Below, piece by piece: positions 49,806 through 64,000 of a DNA stretch of 64,000 bases (positions are counted from its first letter, which is position 1; every line of letters begins with the position of its first letter). The notes beneath the pieces are model-generated. The model did no database searches, was not told the origin of the DNA, and saw nothing but the letters and a program-made list of their open reading frames with translations. The DNA is taken from contig OZ024743.1 of the NCBI GenBank assembly GCA_964016885.1, positions 190,464,001-190,528,000 on the forward strand, in the 5' to 3' direction. Made by a program: the position numbers and the translations under genes. This DNA is from Eledone cirrhosa. Lineage: Eukaryota.

Positions 49806-51149
49806 GTTCTACAATTCCATCAACTTCGATTGAGTATCAAAATCAGATAATAAACGTGGTCTCTCATGAGATTATCTTTGTGTTAAGTCACGTAGATATT
49901 AATTTGATGCACAAAGTATCGAAAATTTCACCTATATAAATACTACACATGGCATATTATTGTTTCATTTCGTGGGGGAAGAATTAAAGTTTCCGGAATA
50001 TTTCTATAAGCATGAGTCCTTGTTAGATAAAACTTTTACTGTATAGTAGTTATTAAGTTCTCAGCAAAGTATATTCTATAACATAGAAATAATTATATTG
50101 AACCATGTAATGTTATGTAATGTCTAACTATTAGCGGAACAAATTCTACAACTTCAGCTTGTTAATTACGGATTTTACGCTTTATATCTCAGTTGGAATA
50201 AGGTTAATGAAGATTAGACTACCACAAGCAGTAATTTCATTTGATTCACACCTGCGTTCCTGAGAAACCAGTTTCAGTAATTCTGAGATATCCATTAATA
50301 AAATGCTTTCATATAATGTTAATAATGTAACATAATGGTTTGTTAGAGTTTATGAACAATGAAGAGATTAAAAGCATGGAGTTTAAGATATTACAAGACA
50401 GTTTCAACATCTCATTCGCCAATACCCTCCATCATCAGCCACACAGATACGCTGCCGCATCGTTCTTCTTCTTCCTCTTCTTCTTCTTCTGGTATTACAT
50501 TTACCTTGCGATTGTTTATATTCTATTTATTGTATCGTTTCAAATTTCTTTGAATATCATTTAGTTTTTAATTTTATTACTATATTTGCTATGACATAAA
50601 TATTCATTTCACACAACTGGAGTGAGTTTAAACAGTTACGGCTTCTGACTTCCAAATCCAATTTTCGAAATTGTTATCACTGTACCCAAGTAAGATACAT
50701 AATTATATGTATCCATAGTTGCCTAAATAATGTCACAAATTACATTTATACTTCATAGTAAATTGTTAATTTGTTCTGCATGTGGAACAATATGTAACTC
50801 TAAAGCAATCGCTCTAACAAATATTCAACTAAACCGTCTACATGCGTAAAATGGAAACTGTATTTAAAGATAAGACTTAAAAGCATTATCTTAATAACTT
50901 GACTAAAAACATTAAGGTACAGTTATAGCAATGTCTTTCATAAGCTTAGTCGAAATATATTAGAATATCTGTAGGTATTTTGGAATTGGTTTATGCATTC
51001 TATCCCACAAAGAATTTATAACAAACTGTAACATAAATCACTAAATTGAAAGGAAAAAAGACCAAACTATTATTGAAATAAACTATAAATTATATTATTG
51101 AATTAAATGAATAAAAAGTAAATTTTCGGCACAGATGTTCTGGTTAGTT

Positions 51150-53267
51150 ACGATATAAGCGAGCTACTGCGGGACGAATAAGCAGCCCTGGTCCAACTGC
51201 GGTAAAATACTAAGAGGAATGGAGCAAGGGGTGAGACCTCTAGCTCCCCTAAAACTCTCACAACCCAGTGATGTAGTTCTGACGTAGTGTTTGAAGGACT
51301 GATAAAAATAGCAGAATGGTAACTGGTGGGAATAAGCCCACGAAAACTGTAATATGATGAGAGTTAACATAAAGAATCTTGACAGGGGACTCGTTCAAGT
51401 ATTGTATAAAGCATTAGATACAGAAGCCTGTTAGAAAAATATATTTTAGTCTCCACCAAACTCTGCAAGAACTGGCGATGGGACTGCGACCTGTCTTGGG
51501 AGGCATGGGACAGATGCACAAAGATTGCATATCCCGAAACCCCAAAAAGGCTTTGGAAGGTAGGAAATCGTAACAATTGGAGCCTGGAATGTTACAATCT
51601 TTAGAGAAAGAACAGAAAATAGTGAAGGAGGCCAGGTACTACCGGTTACATATTGTTGGTAATTTTTCAACAAAATTCCGTGACTCTGGTACTGTAGATG
51701 TGAATTGAGGACGGAAAACCTACTATTCGATTGTGGCGCCAGAATTGACAGCACAGGCGAGAGTGGGGATTCTCACAAGACCTCCGCTTTCAGAATGTTT
51801 TATGAACTGGATCTCGAAGATTTGCTCCTTGAAGCTTAGACTGAAAGGTAGGGTTCTGTGGGTGGTGCAAGATTATACACCAAACAAGGTGTCGGAATAC
51901 ATATCCTTTCTTGATGAAGTCACTGCATTATTAGATGTAGTCAAGACTAATTCATATATCCTAATGGGAGACTTCAATGCACATGTTGGGACTGACAGCC
52001 CGACATGGAAAGGAGTGATTTGAAAGAGCGGCGATCCCTATCTAAATACAAATGGAGAGGCCTCTTTCGAATTATGTTCCAGCAATGGATTTACATCCAT
52101 AAACACACATGGTATAAGGGAAATCAAGAACAGAGAACAATAATTAATGTTACTATTGTATCTGGTCTTTTCGATTCTGAGATGGATGTCCGTTAAGAGA
52201 GTGGGCAAGCTGTCAACTGATCAGATGTGACAAGGCCGCTGGGGAGGATGAAATCCGGCTCGAGATGTTAAAAGTCTTAAATAGAGAAAGTATTCTTTGC
52301 CTGACTTGCGTGTGTCGGGTGGCCTGAATATTCACACTGCGGTAGGCCTTAGAGAAATCGTAGACGTATACCAAGAAGTCTATTCTTGCTTTGTAAACCT
52401 TGACGAGGCATACGACCGCCTCCCACGGGACCTACTTTGTGAGGTTTTGCACGAGTATGAGATCGATGAACAGCTTCTTGTTTCTTTGATGTCTTTATAC
52501 GAATGTTTGAGGTTTTGTATTTAGATAGGTTGTGCTAATTCGGAACAATTCCACCAAGGATAGATACTGTCACCTCTCTTGTTCATAATCTTCATGACCA
52601 ATATTGATATGCACAGCCGGATTGAAAGTGATATCACGACTGGTTGGTGTAGGATCAGTCGGTTGGAATTTGCATACGACATGGTATTACTTAACACGTC
52701 AAAAGGTGATATCCAACATGCATGGCTGTATTGGAAAACATTGCTGCAAAGAGTGGCGCTCGTCCACTAGTAGAAGCCTGTGCGGTGCACTCTACATGTG
52801 AAGAGAGTTCCGCTTCAGCAGGTGGAGGATTTTAAGTATTTCAGATCCGTGTTTGGGTGGGCAAAAACTGCAAAAGCTGGGGCAATAATGCCAAACACGC
52901 TATCTTCAAGTCGGTATCCAACCCAACCTTTACTTAGTGACATGAATCTTAGGTAATGTCAGAGAAAATACGATCGTGAATACAAGCGAACGAAATTGGG
53001 TTCGCCCGAAAAATCATTGGAGTAACGTTACTCGATAAAGTGCGTTACTCGAAGATCAGGGAGTCATTCCAGGTTGAGCTGCTACTTGCCCGAATTGACT
53101 TGTGGTTGGAATGTTTCACGAACGGGTAAGAGACCCAGGGGTAGACACCGAGCAAGGTATTATAACAACCCTGCGCTCAGCCGATATGACGTGAAGATCT
53201 AGCCAGATTAATCTGCGACACGAGCCTCTCAAGAATACGTGAGTCAAGAAGAAGAAGAAGAAGAAGA
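51150..53267 (+). mobile_element. Decayed, internally deleted RTE-like LINE with (GAA)n tail
   Basis: IGAWNV, ILMGDFNAHVG, HTW, CFVNLDEAYDRLPR, LSPLLFIIF, LEFAYDMVLL; ends in (GAA)n. Confidence 0.75.
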
Positions 53268-54299
53268 TATCATCCACCATGTAAACAATTAGTCATATTT
53301 CCTAAATAGTCAATTAAGTTTCCATAGTAGTTCTGAACACTGGACTAATAGATATGGTATATCTTTTATTTTACACTTGGTAGTCAATCCCTTGATAGGA
53401 GAAATCAGTATCATCAATCTGTTGAGAAGAGTTGGCTGAGTCTCCTTGACAAAAATATTCTTTATATATACATTTATGAAAGTCAACAATCCACTTACGA
53501 TTGGCCACAATATATATTCTATTAATGAACTTGAAACAACCAGTGATAAGTACTCTTATATAAGCTACTCTGTGTTTGTGCTTGGAAAGAAAACCCAAAT
53601 AGCATATTTTAAATCATTTAACTTCAAGCTTAGTGGTCTTGCATTAGTGAATTTGCTTCAATATTACACTATCCTATTTGCTATTATCAAAATAAACAAA
53701 CACCCAATTTAGATCAAAAATGTTTTTCACCATCTATATTTTTACACATTTGCCGAGATGTGTGAACATCACAGCTTGAATAAGGACCGAACTTAACAAC
53801 ATCAGAAAACACCTACGAATATTTCCTTATATCCCTTGGGAATATTTTAATGTCACACCTAATATGGTGTGTTAAAAACAATAATAATCACATTTGCTTA
53901 AGTGTATCACGCATCACGTTGTCTCTCAAGTTATATAAAGAAAAAAACCCAGCATACTGTGAATCACAGAAAAGTAGTAGTAGCTTCATATATTTAATGT
54001 GCCAAGGGTGGGGATGATTTTATAAAAGCCCCACCATTAAGAGGAAAACAGCTGATTTTTATTTCCTTTCATCAACAATAATGCTAATGTATCACTGAAT
54101 CTCGTTAGAAATGAGACCTCTTATGAATCACGCCTTAATCAAATGAATATACATTGTATATATTCTCTCTCTCTATATATAATCCATGTACATTATACAG
54201 ACCCACATATATGTTTATATATACAGACATACATACATATATATATATATATTTGCATATATACATAAATATTCATATACACACACAAACACTATATAT

Positions 54300-54395
54300 A
54301 GGAACCAGTAAGACCCCGACGGCTGAGCTCAAGCCGTCTCGACGGCTAATTCTGGACGTTATGGTCCACCTGGTTCCTTACCACATTTCCTTCGT
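54300..54395. mobile_element. Rearranged family A pLTR mini-fragment in (TA)n
   Basis: GACCCCGACGGCTGAGCTCAAGCCGT.TCGACGGCTA (minus sense) fused to TATGGTCCA.CTGGTTCCTTACCACA.TTCCTTCGTT (plus sense). Confidence 0.75.
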
Positions 54396-54709
54396 TATAT
54401 ATATATATATAGAGAGAGAGAAGTAAAAAACCTCAAAACAAAAACAATAGCTAGAGTGCATTACGAACAGTGTGGTATTAGGTTAACGCTTTTAAAAAAA
54501 TTGAAAATGCAACGAGAGTCGTTTAAGAATATTTATTTATTTTACCGCTTTCACAGTTCTTATGATTATCAAAAGAAAAATGATATGGAGGGTTTATGTT
54601 TCTGTGTGGTTTGTTTCGCATCTAACTGGAATTCGAAAATTTTTCCTGTTTTATACAAAAAGAATTTGCTCAGATTGCTATTTGTTTAAAATGTAATTTT
54701 ATTGTTTGA

Positions 54710-54892
54710 TGACAGTCACGTAATTACTTACAGTAATTTTCGTGCCAGCAAAATGGCTCAAAATTGCTATTTACCATTTTATGCGTTGGTGACAGTCACG
54801 TGATTGGCATAGTAATTTTTGCTCCAAAAGTGGATGGTCAGAATCACGTGATTAGGCCTAGTAAGTTTCGTGCCAAAAATGGATGGTCAGAA
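54710..54892. repeat. Three imperfect tandem units containing TCACGT(G)ATT..AGTAA.TTT..AAAA.GG
   Basis: Units at ~54711, ~54791 and ~54841. Confidence 0.6.
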
Positions 54893-55689
54893 AGTGAGAA
54901 AAGAGAAGAAAATGTGAAGTGGTATGGTTCAATGAGTATGACTGGTGTCGAAGCGTTGAGGAATGTCAGATTTTAAGAGATGTCAAATTTCAGAATTCCT
55001 CTTTTATTAAAACTCGTAAGGAATTGGTTTATATGTCTATGTCCCCTCATGATGATGATAGTGACGATGGTGATGGCAGAGTGGTAAGTATGTGTGTGTT
55101 TGTCTGTACAGGAACAGCAGGAAAGCGTATGGCTAAGCATGATGGAGAGGGATTACATTTTGATTTTAAATGTTTATATATATGTATATTTATTTATTTC
55201 CATTGAGGTAGTAAAATTTGAGCAAGCTTATAATGATTCGGGGAAATCTGAAGTCTCTTATGGGCAGTTTACGTGGGTGGTATTCTTTAAATCTTTGTCT
55301 TATGTTATTTCAATATCATTAATCTTGTTCCTGCTGATCGCCTCTCTACATTGCCATGTGATTGGGAGCGGGAGTGTATGTGTGGGTGACTCCTAAAAAA
55401 GAGATCAATGCTGTTGGTGTTCTGGCATTTAAAGTTTGAGGTAAATATATGAGTGGGAGGAAGGGGTTCGAGTGTGACCGAATGATCTGTCTTTCTTTCC
55501 TTCCTTCTTTGTTCTGTTTTCTTTTTTATTAGTTTACGCCTTATTCTTCGCGCTTGTCAAATTGAAAATCACAATTTGCTTATTTTGATATATATTTCTG
55601 TATTTTTATTCTTGTGTGTGTTTAATTTTAAGCCTTTTCGATATCCTATTTAAGTAAATTTTATCATTTAACCACCTCTTTTTCTTTTT

Positions 55690-57430
55690 CTTTTTCTTGA
55701 GCAGGATGAAGGCAGAGCCCTCAATCACTGCCTCTAGTAGGTTCTGTCAGAGGCAACCGTCTCCAACCAATTCAGCTGGATCCCCTGGCGAGACCTGCCA
55801 ATCCCATTGATCTTATCGAACCATCTTGTACGGGGTTCTACCCCTGGGTCTCCTGCCGGTTGGTTTTTCCCGTATAATCTGTCCAGCGATTCTAACCACA
55901 TGCCCATAGTATCGGGCTCTACCAGAAATCACATTTTGATTTCCAAGCTACGCACTGTATCGAGTAACGTTACTCCAAAGACCCTTCGGAGGAACCCCAT
56001 TTCAGTCAATTGTATTCTCAATCGTATTATCACAGCATAAAGATTCATAACCATGGGTAAATGTTGGTTCGAATACCCAAGTGAAGATAGCAAGTTTGGC
56101 TTTTACACCTACCTCTTTTCTTCTGATTACTGAATGAGGAAGCTCCTGCATTACTGCACTGGCTCCTGCAATTCTTGCATGTAATTCAGCATCTTACCTT
56201 CCATCACTCATGAACATGTCCACGAGATAAATACACGTCTCCACTTGTTTCAATGGAACACCATTCACATGTAGAGAGGACGAGTCTCTCAGTTTTCACA
56301 GCACTGGTTTTCATTCCAGCCATGCAGCACTTAGCAGAAAACTTATGAAGTGCAAATAAGAGATTACTTGCTATTGAGTTAAGTAACACCATGTCGTCTG
56401 CAAAGTCCAGTCGACTGATTTTAACAGTCGCGATATTACTTTCAACCTGGTTGTGCTGTCAATCCTATTCATGAAAGGCGACATCATTGAATGGTTTCGA
56501 TTTAGCACCATTTATCCGAATGAAAATACTGGGGCATTTGTATAGTAACACAAGGACAACAAAAAGCTGACCATCCATCTCATACTCCTGTACAACCTTC
56601 CACATTAGTTCCCAAGGAATGCGGTCATATGATTTTCAAGCTCTAGGAAAAAATATGCCTCTTTGCAAAACTCCCACGATTTCTGAAATACGTACCGCTG
56701 TGTGAATATTTGGCCGACTGTGTTGTGTCCAAGATGAAAACCGCACAGTTCATCAGCTTGCGTTGACTTGACAATCCTCTTCTCTAGACACTTAGCGTAG
56801 AATTTACTGGGGATGCTTAACAAAGGACATTGCTCAATAATTGAAGCAATCTCCCTTTTCCCTTTTTTGAAGACTGATATTGTCACTCCTGATTGCCATA
56901 GCTTATGTGCCTTTCCAGAGATCCAGGCCACCTGACACATATGAATCAGCCAGAGATTACCGTAACTATTTAAGGCTTGTAATATCTCGGACCGAATTTC
57001 ATCATCCACAGCAGCCTTGCCACATTTGAGCTCTTTAACTGCTCCGAGATATTAGTCACTGCTCCCAGCTACACCTCCTGTACAACAGAATATACAGTTA
57101 TAATCGGGTTTAGGATATCAGCAAACTATTCTCTACATGTCGCAAGGATCCACCTCTCTGAAAAGAGAAGCCTAGACACATTCCTAATGGCAGGTGTGGA
57201 GGAGGATTCTTATTACAAAGTCGGCAGATGGTCTGCTAGAACACTTTATTTGCTCAGATTCCAGCTTAATCCCAGATTCCCCCCATGTCTTCATTGTTGA
57301 TGCCTTTACTGTCTCTGCTTGGATTGTTCCTGCCTGCTTGTATCGCAAGTGAAAGAAGGAGGATATATTTCTAACCCAAGCTATGTGGGCCTCCATCTTT
57401 GCTCAGGAGCTATCCATTTCCCACCAAGGC
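55690..57430 (-). mobile_element. Decayed RTE-like LINE (related to 51150-53267)
   Basis: DDEIRSEILQAL, WQSGV..VFKKG, LLSIPSKFYAK, GFHLG..QIF, LDFADDMVLL (~56380-56410). Confidence 0.75.
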
Positions 57431-57559
57431 AGGTGGCATAATTGTGTTACTAATCACCAAACAAGGAGAATGTGTAGAAGACAGAACATCACAGTTACCA
57501 CAGGGAATGTATGACAGAATCGGAAGCTAAAATAAATTATAAGATGTCATCTCCTCAGT

Positions 57560-59950
57560 CTCTCTGAAACCTCACGGAAGTGCACTCAAGAAATTCAGAC
57601 TGAGTAGGGACATGCACTCTTCTTTAGTGGACAATCCTGCAAATGACATAGGCTTCCTAGTCAACAAGGTGTCAAAAAATATCACGTAGTCGCATGACCA
57701 TAAACCTGCAAGCTGAGCCTTCAACATAACAGTAATATGTGTCTACTCACCAATAACAGAATATGTGGATTAACATATACTTCTATAAACAAAATAGGCT
57801 GTCACTGACAGAACTAAAAACAATGACGTACTGATCTTATATTATGACTGCAATGCCAAGGTGGAAATGAGATTCCCAATATAAATGGAAGTGTTTAATT
57901 GACCCTTCATGTAATGACACCTCCAACGGATTGCAACTACTCCTAATAGAATTTGCCAGTTGTAAAAACAAGGTGTGTTGGTAATCACAAAGCATTTTGT
58001 ATCTACACCAAATTGTTATATGCTAGCTAAAATAGTATAAAACATGAGCAAACAGGCAGAAGCCATAGATATTTTCAGGAGCAGATTTAGGTAGTGATCA
58101 TGATCTTGTCCTAATAAAATTCAGAGTACATTTGAGAATATACTACAAGCTTAAAATCAAACCATATGTAATTTGATCACAGAAACCTAAAAAACTGTTC
58201 TATCTCTTTTCAGGCAATGAATGGAAGGACATTTCGTCTGCTGTTTCTGCTCAATTAAGTTCCCAAGAATACCACACAGAAGTTTAACAGTGTGATGGCA
58301 GAGACATTTGAAATGATTATGGGGGAAAAGCTGCCACAAATCTAAATCATGATTAGCAAACAAGATTCGGGTCAACTATGATAATAGAAAGAAAATATAG
58401 AACAAACGAGGCAAAACAGAGTGAATAACAAAATATAAAACGATCACGAGGGAAATTAAAGAAAATGAGCGAATCAAAACAATAAAGAGTAGTTAAGCAA
58501 AGGTAAACATTGAAATCAGTCTTTCTAAAAACAACGTAAGTGTCTACATCAAATGAGAGCTCGATTTATTGTACGTAAAGGATTGTTCAATGTCTATGCT
58601 GCAATACGATGTCAAAACGACATAAATATTTCTGAAAGACAGAAAGTCAATAGAACTTGACATCCGAGTCGAATAGCTGTAACATAGAGAAGTTACCAGA
58701 AACATGCTTACAATCTTCTATAAGTTGTGGTGAATGACCAATACACTAGACTCAGTGGCTGAGCGTAGTGTTTCTAAGGGAAGGCAACATTCAACTGTTG
58801 TGCCATGAACAAGATCAGACTGAACAGACTGAAACCCAAGGCAGAAACCATCACACTCGAGGAAAGAACAGGTTTTCAAAAACAAAGACACACAGATAAG
58901 CAAATTTGCTGACTCTACACCATCCATGAGAAATATCTTCAACATCAGAAAGAACCATACCTGGTCTTCATAGACTTTCAAAATATATTCAATAGAGCCA
59001 GTCATGATCCTCTATGGAACTCAATGAGCAAATATAACATGGGACAAACACTATCTCATAATATACAATGATTGTATGCCAAGACAACCTATGCAGTACT
59101 AGTAGGTATCTGCCACAGCTGTTCCACTTTCATCAGTAAGTTCATGGAAAGTATCGTGACACATACCCTCGGAGATCATGCAAGCAGAGACAACATGGAG
59201 TGAGGAACATCTCAAACTTAACACTTGAATGTGACATTGTTGGTGTGGCAGAAAAGAAAGGGTGAATTGGATGACATCGGTAAACACCTTGATAAAATCT
59301 TCTGAAAGTTTGGGATGGAAATCAGTGTAGAAAACAACAGATACATAACAATACCAATCTTATCATCACTGCAATAAATAGAGACATTGCAACAGTTTAA
59401 ATATCTGATGCCAATCACTGATGGAAAAGAATCCAGAAGGAAATCTTTACAAGAATTTCACAGACAGTGGCTGCATTAATCAAGTTTAAATCAATATGTA
59501 AAGATAGGAACATAACAATAAAGAAGAAGTTCAGATTTCTGCATGTACTGGCACTCTCCATCTTCCTGTACATTTGCAAGACATATTAATACTCACTGCA
59601 GTGATACAGACAAAAATGCAAGCACAAGAAATGAAATGTTACTTATGGAAGGCGCATCATACATAGAACATGTTCCAAATTAGCTACTCTGCAAATTTAG
59701 CTTCCATAAAGAACTCAAAGCATTGAAGAAAAGACAACTGAGATGGTATGGTTTTGTAACAAGATCCAGTGGCCTAGCAAATGCTATTGTACAAGTAACT
59801 GCAGAGGCAAGAGAAAGAGAGATTGACAAAGTAAAAAATAAATATTCAACATTGAAGTGTGGAAAGGCAAATCCTTCTTAGAAGCCTGAGATCTGGCACA
59901 CAACCTCAACAGATAGTTGTCAATGTAACTAGAAAATACACATCATCTTC
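57560..59950 (+). mobile_element. Highly decayed RTE/BovB-like LINE
   Basis: DCNAKV, ADLGSDHDLV, EQVF, FIDF, FKYL, RQLRWYGFVTRSSGLANAIVQ; short CAT tail. Confidence 0.6.
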
Positions 59951-61932
59951 TTATTGTGCCCGGTAATATGTTAAGTACGTATATGTTGTCCACTCCTGTT
60001 TTTCACTATTTTTATCTGTTTGTTGTATAATACATTATATTTACTCCTTGTAATAAGTGCAGGCCAAATCAATAGGAAAATATCATACCTGAGTGTCCAT
60101 TATAAATAAGTTAGAGAGATGAATATACAACTTTCAAGTTTGTAATAAAATATATAAATTACTTTGTTTATTTGTAACTTGTACATGGTTTTACATGATT
60201 GTTAACAAATATTTTCAGTTTAGTTATTTTTTGTATATTATTGGTGTTAATTTAACATTTGATTTAATGTATTGTTTTCGGTTTTATCAGAGATGTTTTA
60301 GTGTAAATGTCTGTTCTACTTTCGCCATACATTTGAATCAAATCATTTATATTTGGTTCCAGTAATATTTGTGGATAGTGTAGTTTTAACATAGGTGGTA
60401 TTTGGTGTATCACGTGCATTAAATGCTTCCATGTATTGTTCTATCAACCAGCTTCAAAAATTAGATAGTAGTAATTGCTTGTTACTATCCTAGAAGCTTA
60501 TCACAGCATCTGATTGACCATCATTCCAAATGAATCGGATGTAACATCATTTGTTTAAATGAAATGACTCAGGTGTACTTAATATAGAATTTAAGCATAT
60601 TGAATACAACCCATTCTGGTGAATTGTCCAGAAAATGCGCAATAAGTAGTTAACAACAGTTAAGTATACAGTTTTATACACATACACACACACACATGCA
60701 TTCATACACACACTCAATGCTGCTATAGATAAAAATCCTGTTTCTCACTGGCTTAAAAGTAATGGATATGCAAACAGGAAAATATTTAAATGTGAAATGA
60801 AAATCTCTTTGGGAGCAGGTGTCATGTTCCTGTCAGATAATCTAAAGCAGCCATAATAATAGCTACTGCTTCATGTTGTTAGCTTCATTCAATGTATGAA
60901 ACCAGATGTGTACGAAAGCAAGATTGTTATTATGCTTTCAGCAATGAAATACAAATGGTTCCCAAATATAATTGATGTAATCAAATTCATGCACATATAC
61001 TCTTTCTCTTCTGCTTCCTTATTTTCTTCTACTTTGAATTTGATAGATAAAATAATTCTAATGAATTGTCAATAGAACAAGTGCTGGGTTTTCTTTATTG
61101 ATAGATTGTAGCGATGTGTCGTCTTACTCAGTTAATTCAATTTCCTAACAGTTATGTTGTTTTTTAATTATATGTATCAGCTTTTCTTCTTACATATTTT
61201 TGTTGGTGCATATTTGTGCATGTGTTTGTTAATAAACGTCTTTGAATATCTGTCCTTTAGAATATTTTTCTGTATATTATTGATATTGAAATATCAGTAT
61301 GGGAAAATTCTCATTACATTATGTTATTGTAGAGCTACTTTTGTAATATGTGTCAGATAACTTTTAACGTTTGGTTTATGACATGTCATAAAATACATAG
61401 TATAACTATTAGATATGACCATCAGAACTTCAGTGCAACTAAACAAAGTATCTGTCCATTTGGAACATTTCAATGATATTTAAATATTTCATCTTTAAAC
61501 AATATATAGTGAACATACTGTAGTATACAAATATGCATAAGTGATTGCTAGAGCAAAAGAATTTAAAATATAAAACAATTGTAAATGTATGAGAAGAATT
61601 GCAACTTGTAATGGCACTATTAAAGAGCATTTGTTGACAAAGATAACAAACAATATTGTTATATTGGTTGGTTGAAAAAAAATTAATTTTTGAGATAGGA
61701 TGTTTTTTCTGTTTTGCCACCTAAGCGAAAAATAGCATAACACATTTCACTTTATTTTTCTAAGTATCAGCATTGAAACAAAAAAGAAAAAAAGAATTGG
61801 ACTTCAGTTTCAAGAGAAAGTATCTTTAGATCTTAGATTACCAGCTGGACTAAAACACCCATTTCAGTTACGTAAGTCTAACAGTGATAAAAATGAAAAT
61901 GAAATTAAACTTCAATTCACATCTGTGTGCAA

Positions 61933-62382
61933 CATATTTCCTATTCCTGTATTTATATATGAGAAGGAAAGATGGGGGAAGAATTATAATTCCAATCCAT
62001 CAACTTTAGAGAAGTTATATATGCACAAATACAAATATGACATTGTTGGGATATACATACTTAATTTCTACATATAAATAATAAATATCTATATATCTAT
62101 ATAAAAAGTAATTTTGCATATAAGAAGTAATTTTGTAGTTGCAAGTATGTCTCTATATTTTTCACTCACTCTTGCAACTACAAAATTACTTCTTATATGC
62201 AAAATTACTTCTTATATAGAATATAGATATTTATTATTTATATGTTGAAATTAAGTATGTATATACCAACAATGTCATATATGTATTTGTGCATATATAA
62301 CTTCTCTAAAGTTGATGGATTGGAATGATAATTCTTCCCCCCTCTTTCCTTCTCATATATAAATACAAGAATAGGAAATATG
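61933..62382. repeat. Long near-perfect palindrome (arms 61933-62145 and 62171-62382, 25-bp spacer)
   Basis: Arms are reverse complements with scattered mismatches. Confidence 0.92.
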
Positions 62383-62539
62383 CAGCAACCAACATACAAA
62401 ATATATCTATTTAGCAAACAAAGTAAATTCTATAGCATCTCTCGAGCCGCAAGAAACATTATCCAAACCTCTCTCAAATAACACTCTGCAATCTTGAAAT
62501 GGGGATGAAAACATCTTGTAACAAAGATCTAAATACGTG

Positions 62540-62720
62540 GATTGGCAGTATCGGTAGAGGGTCGGACGCCATGCTTTCCAGCATAGTTACGTCCCTTTAC
62601 GATCTGAGTTCAAATCCCGCCGAGGTTGACTTTGCCTTTCATCCTTACGGGGTCGATAAAATAAAGTACCAGTAATGCACTGGATTTTTGATGGCCTTGT
62701 GCCTAAAGTAGAAACAATTA
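62540..62720 (+). mobile_element. tRNA-derived SINE, young subfamily
   Basis: Near-identical to 45581-45766; possible TCTAAATA target duplication. Confidence 0.85.
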
Positions 62721-63234
62721 TTTCTAAATAAATGATGGACTTGCTAGAGCTTAAACAAAAAAGCATATCTTTACAGCATAATATTTCAGGTTAAATTTCA
62801 TATCAACTGCTTATAAGATAGACATATAGGAAAATTAAATTATTTTCTTTATTTCATCATGTCTAAGATTTTTGCAGGTCCCTGTAGACTTATAAGGTTG
62901 ATGGTATATTCCCAGCTTGATTTGTGTTCAGAAACATTACAATTAGGATGAAAAGAATGGAATGAAAATGTTTGGTTGGCTGTTTTGAAGTACTTCATAC
63001 TAAATACAAGAGATGTCAATTGCAATAGTTTGTTCTCAAAGGAATAGGAGCCTTGAAATGCTTATATGATAACCATTTATGTAGGCATGGTCCCATTACT
63101 CCTGATGAGTCGCAGTGACAAACAGCATATCTTGAGCATTTAAAACCTGGCAGAGCCCATCCTCTCTCAAGGCCTGAACATAGCCAATTTCCTCTAGAGA
63201 TAATGAAACAGAGTGATAGAGCATAAGTGGGAAA

Positions 63235-63395
63235 CAGATATAGATGGAAAATGTGCCCTGAACTGGACAGGTACATTTTTATAGAGCTTGAAAGGATAAA
63301 AGTCACAGTTAACTTCTGTGAGTTTGCATTTATTGTGCAGAAAACGAGAATGAATAAAATAAAGCATTCTATCTGAGATTCTAATGACTCTGTCT
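63235..63395 (-). mobile_element. Diverged SINE
   Basis: GGTACATTTTTATAGAGCTTGAAAGGATAAAAGTCACAGTTAAC resembles the SINE central domain. Confidence 0.45.
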
Positions 63396-64000
63396 ATTAG
63401 CCATCTGATATGCAGTTAGCAGTTCCTTAAACATTTAGTTCCCATGCAAAGGTCATTGAGAAAAACTAAAATATTCACTTGTATTTTACCACTGCAGAGA
63501 TAATGTTATATGAACTCTAAAGGGACTGGTGCTAAATGAATGGTAGATTATTCCTTTATAATTGTTGTTTGTAAAATATTATTATATTTACATATTTCTG
63601 CTGTATAAAATGTTTTCCTTTCTTTCAATCATCTCTATTATATTGTGATGGGTCCAAATTTATTGCAAATCAGGATCATAAGAATACAGATTAAATAAGT
63701 ACACCAATAAACTCCTAGTATGGAATAATCTGGACTTCAGCCGCTCAATTTATATGCATGTTTGAATCAGATCTTTAAAATATTTACAATTTTCAAGTTT
63801 CAATGTCTGCCATTTCCCCCATTTGTTCCCATACCATATGGTTAATTTGAACAGAAGTGTGGCTTAAACATCAATGAAATTCCCTATTAAGTTAGGTTTA
63901 GCTGGTATTTAGTTGTTGATAGAAAAGAACACTTCAAAGTCTATAGCTATCCACTAATTTTTCCAACACATTTAAACAACACATTTTGTTCAAAGGACTT

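Overview
Gene-free, AT-rich eukaryotic DNA made almost entirely of transposable elements and microsatellites. The SINE, Penelope and microsatellite content suggests an octopod cephalopod, which is an inference and not a database result. No host protein-coding gene, tRNA/rRNA gene or CRISPR array can be supported. (1) 4.2-18.7 kb is a nested stack of non-LTR retrotransposons built on (TAA)n microsatellites. R4/Dong-type elements (restriction-like endonuclease) lie on +. Three Tx1/L1-clade elements (APE-RT) lie on -, and two of these are head-to-tail, nearly identical in ORF2 but with very different ORF1 and 5'UTR. (2) 21.4-37.9 kb is a (TA)n-anchored cluster of Penelope-like elements (Naiad-type with CxCx5Cx5C + GIY-YIG, and Neptune-type) plus a CR1 LINE. 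It carries type-I hammerhead ribozyme motifs of at least five sequence families, including a U3-A8 core variant with a very long stem II, and several fold-back palindromes. (3) 38-64 kb holds decayed RTE-like LINEs, a DD37D (maT) and a mariner-like DNA transposon, a MITE, tRNA-derived SINEs (including three stacked at one 18-bp site), an orphan hammerhead motif and a ~450-bp near-perfect palindrome. All identity estimates were made by eye.
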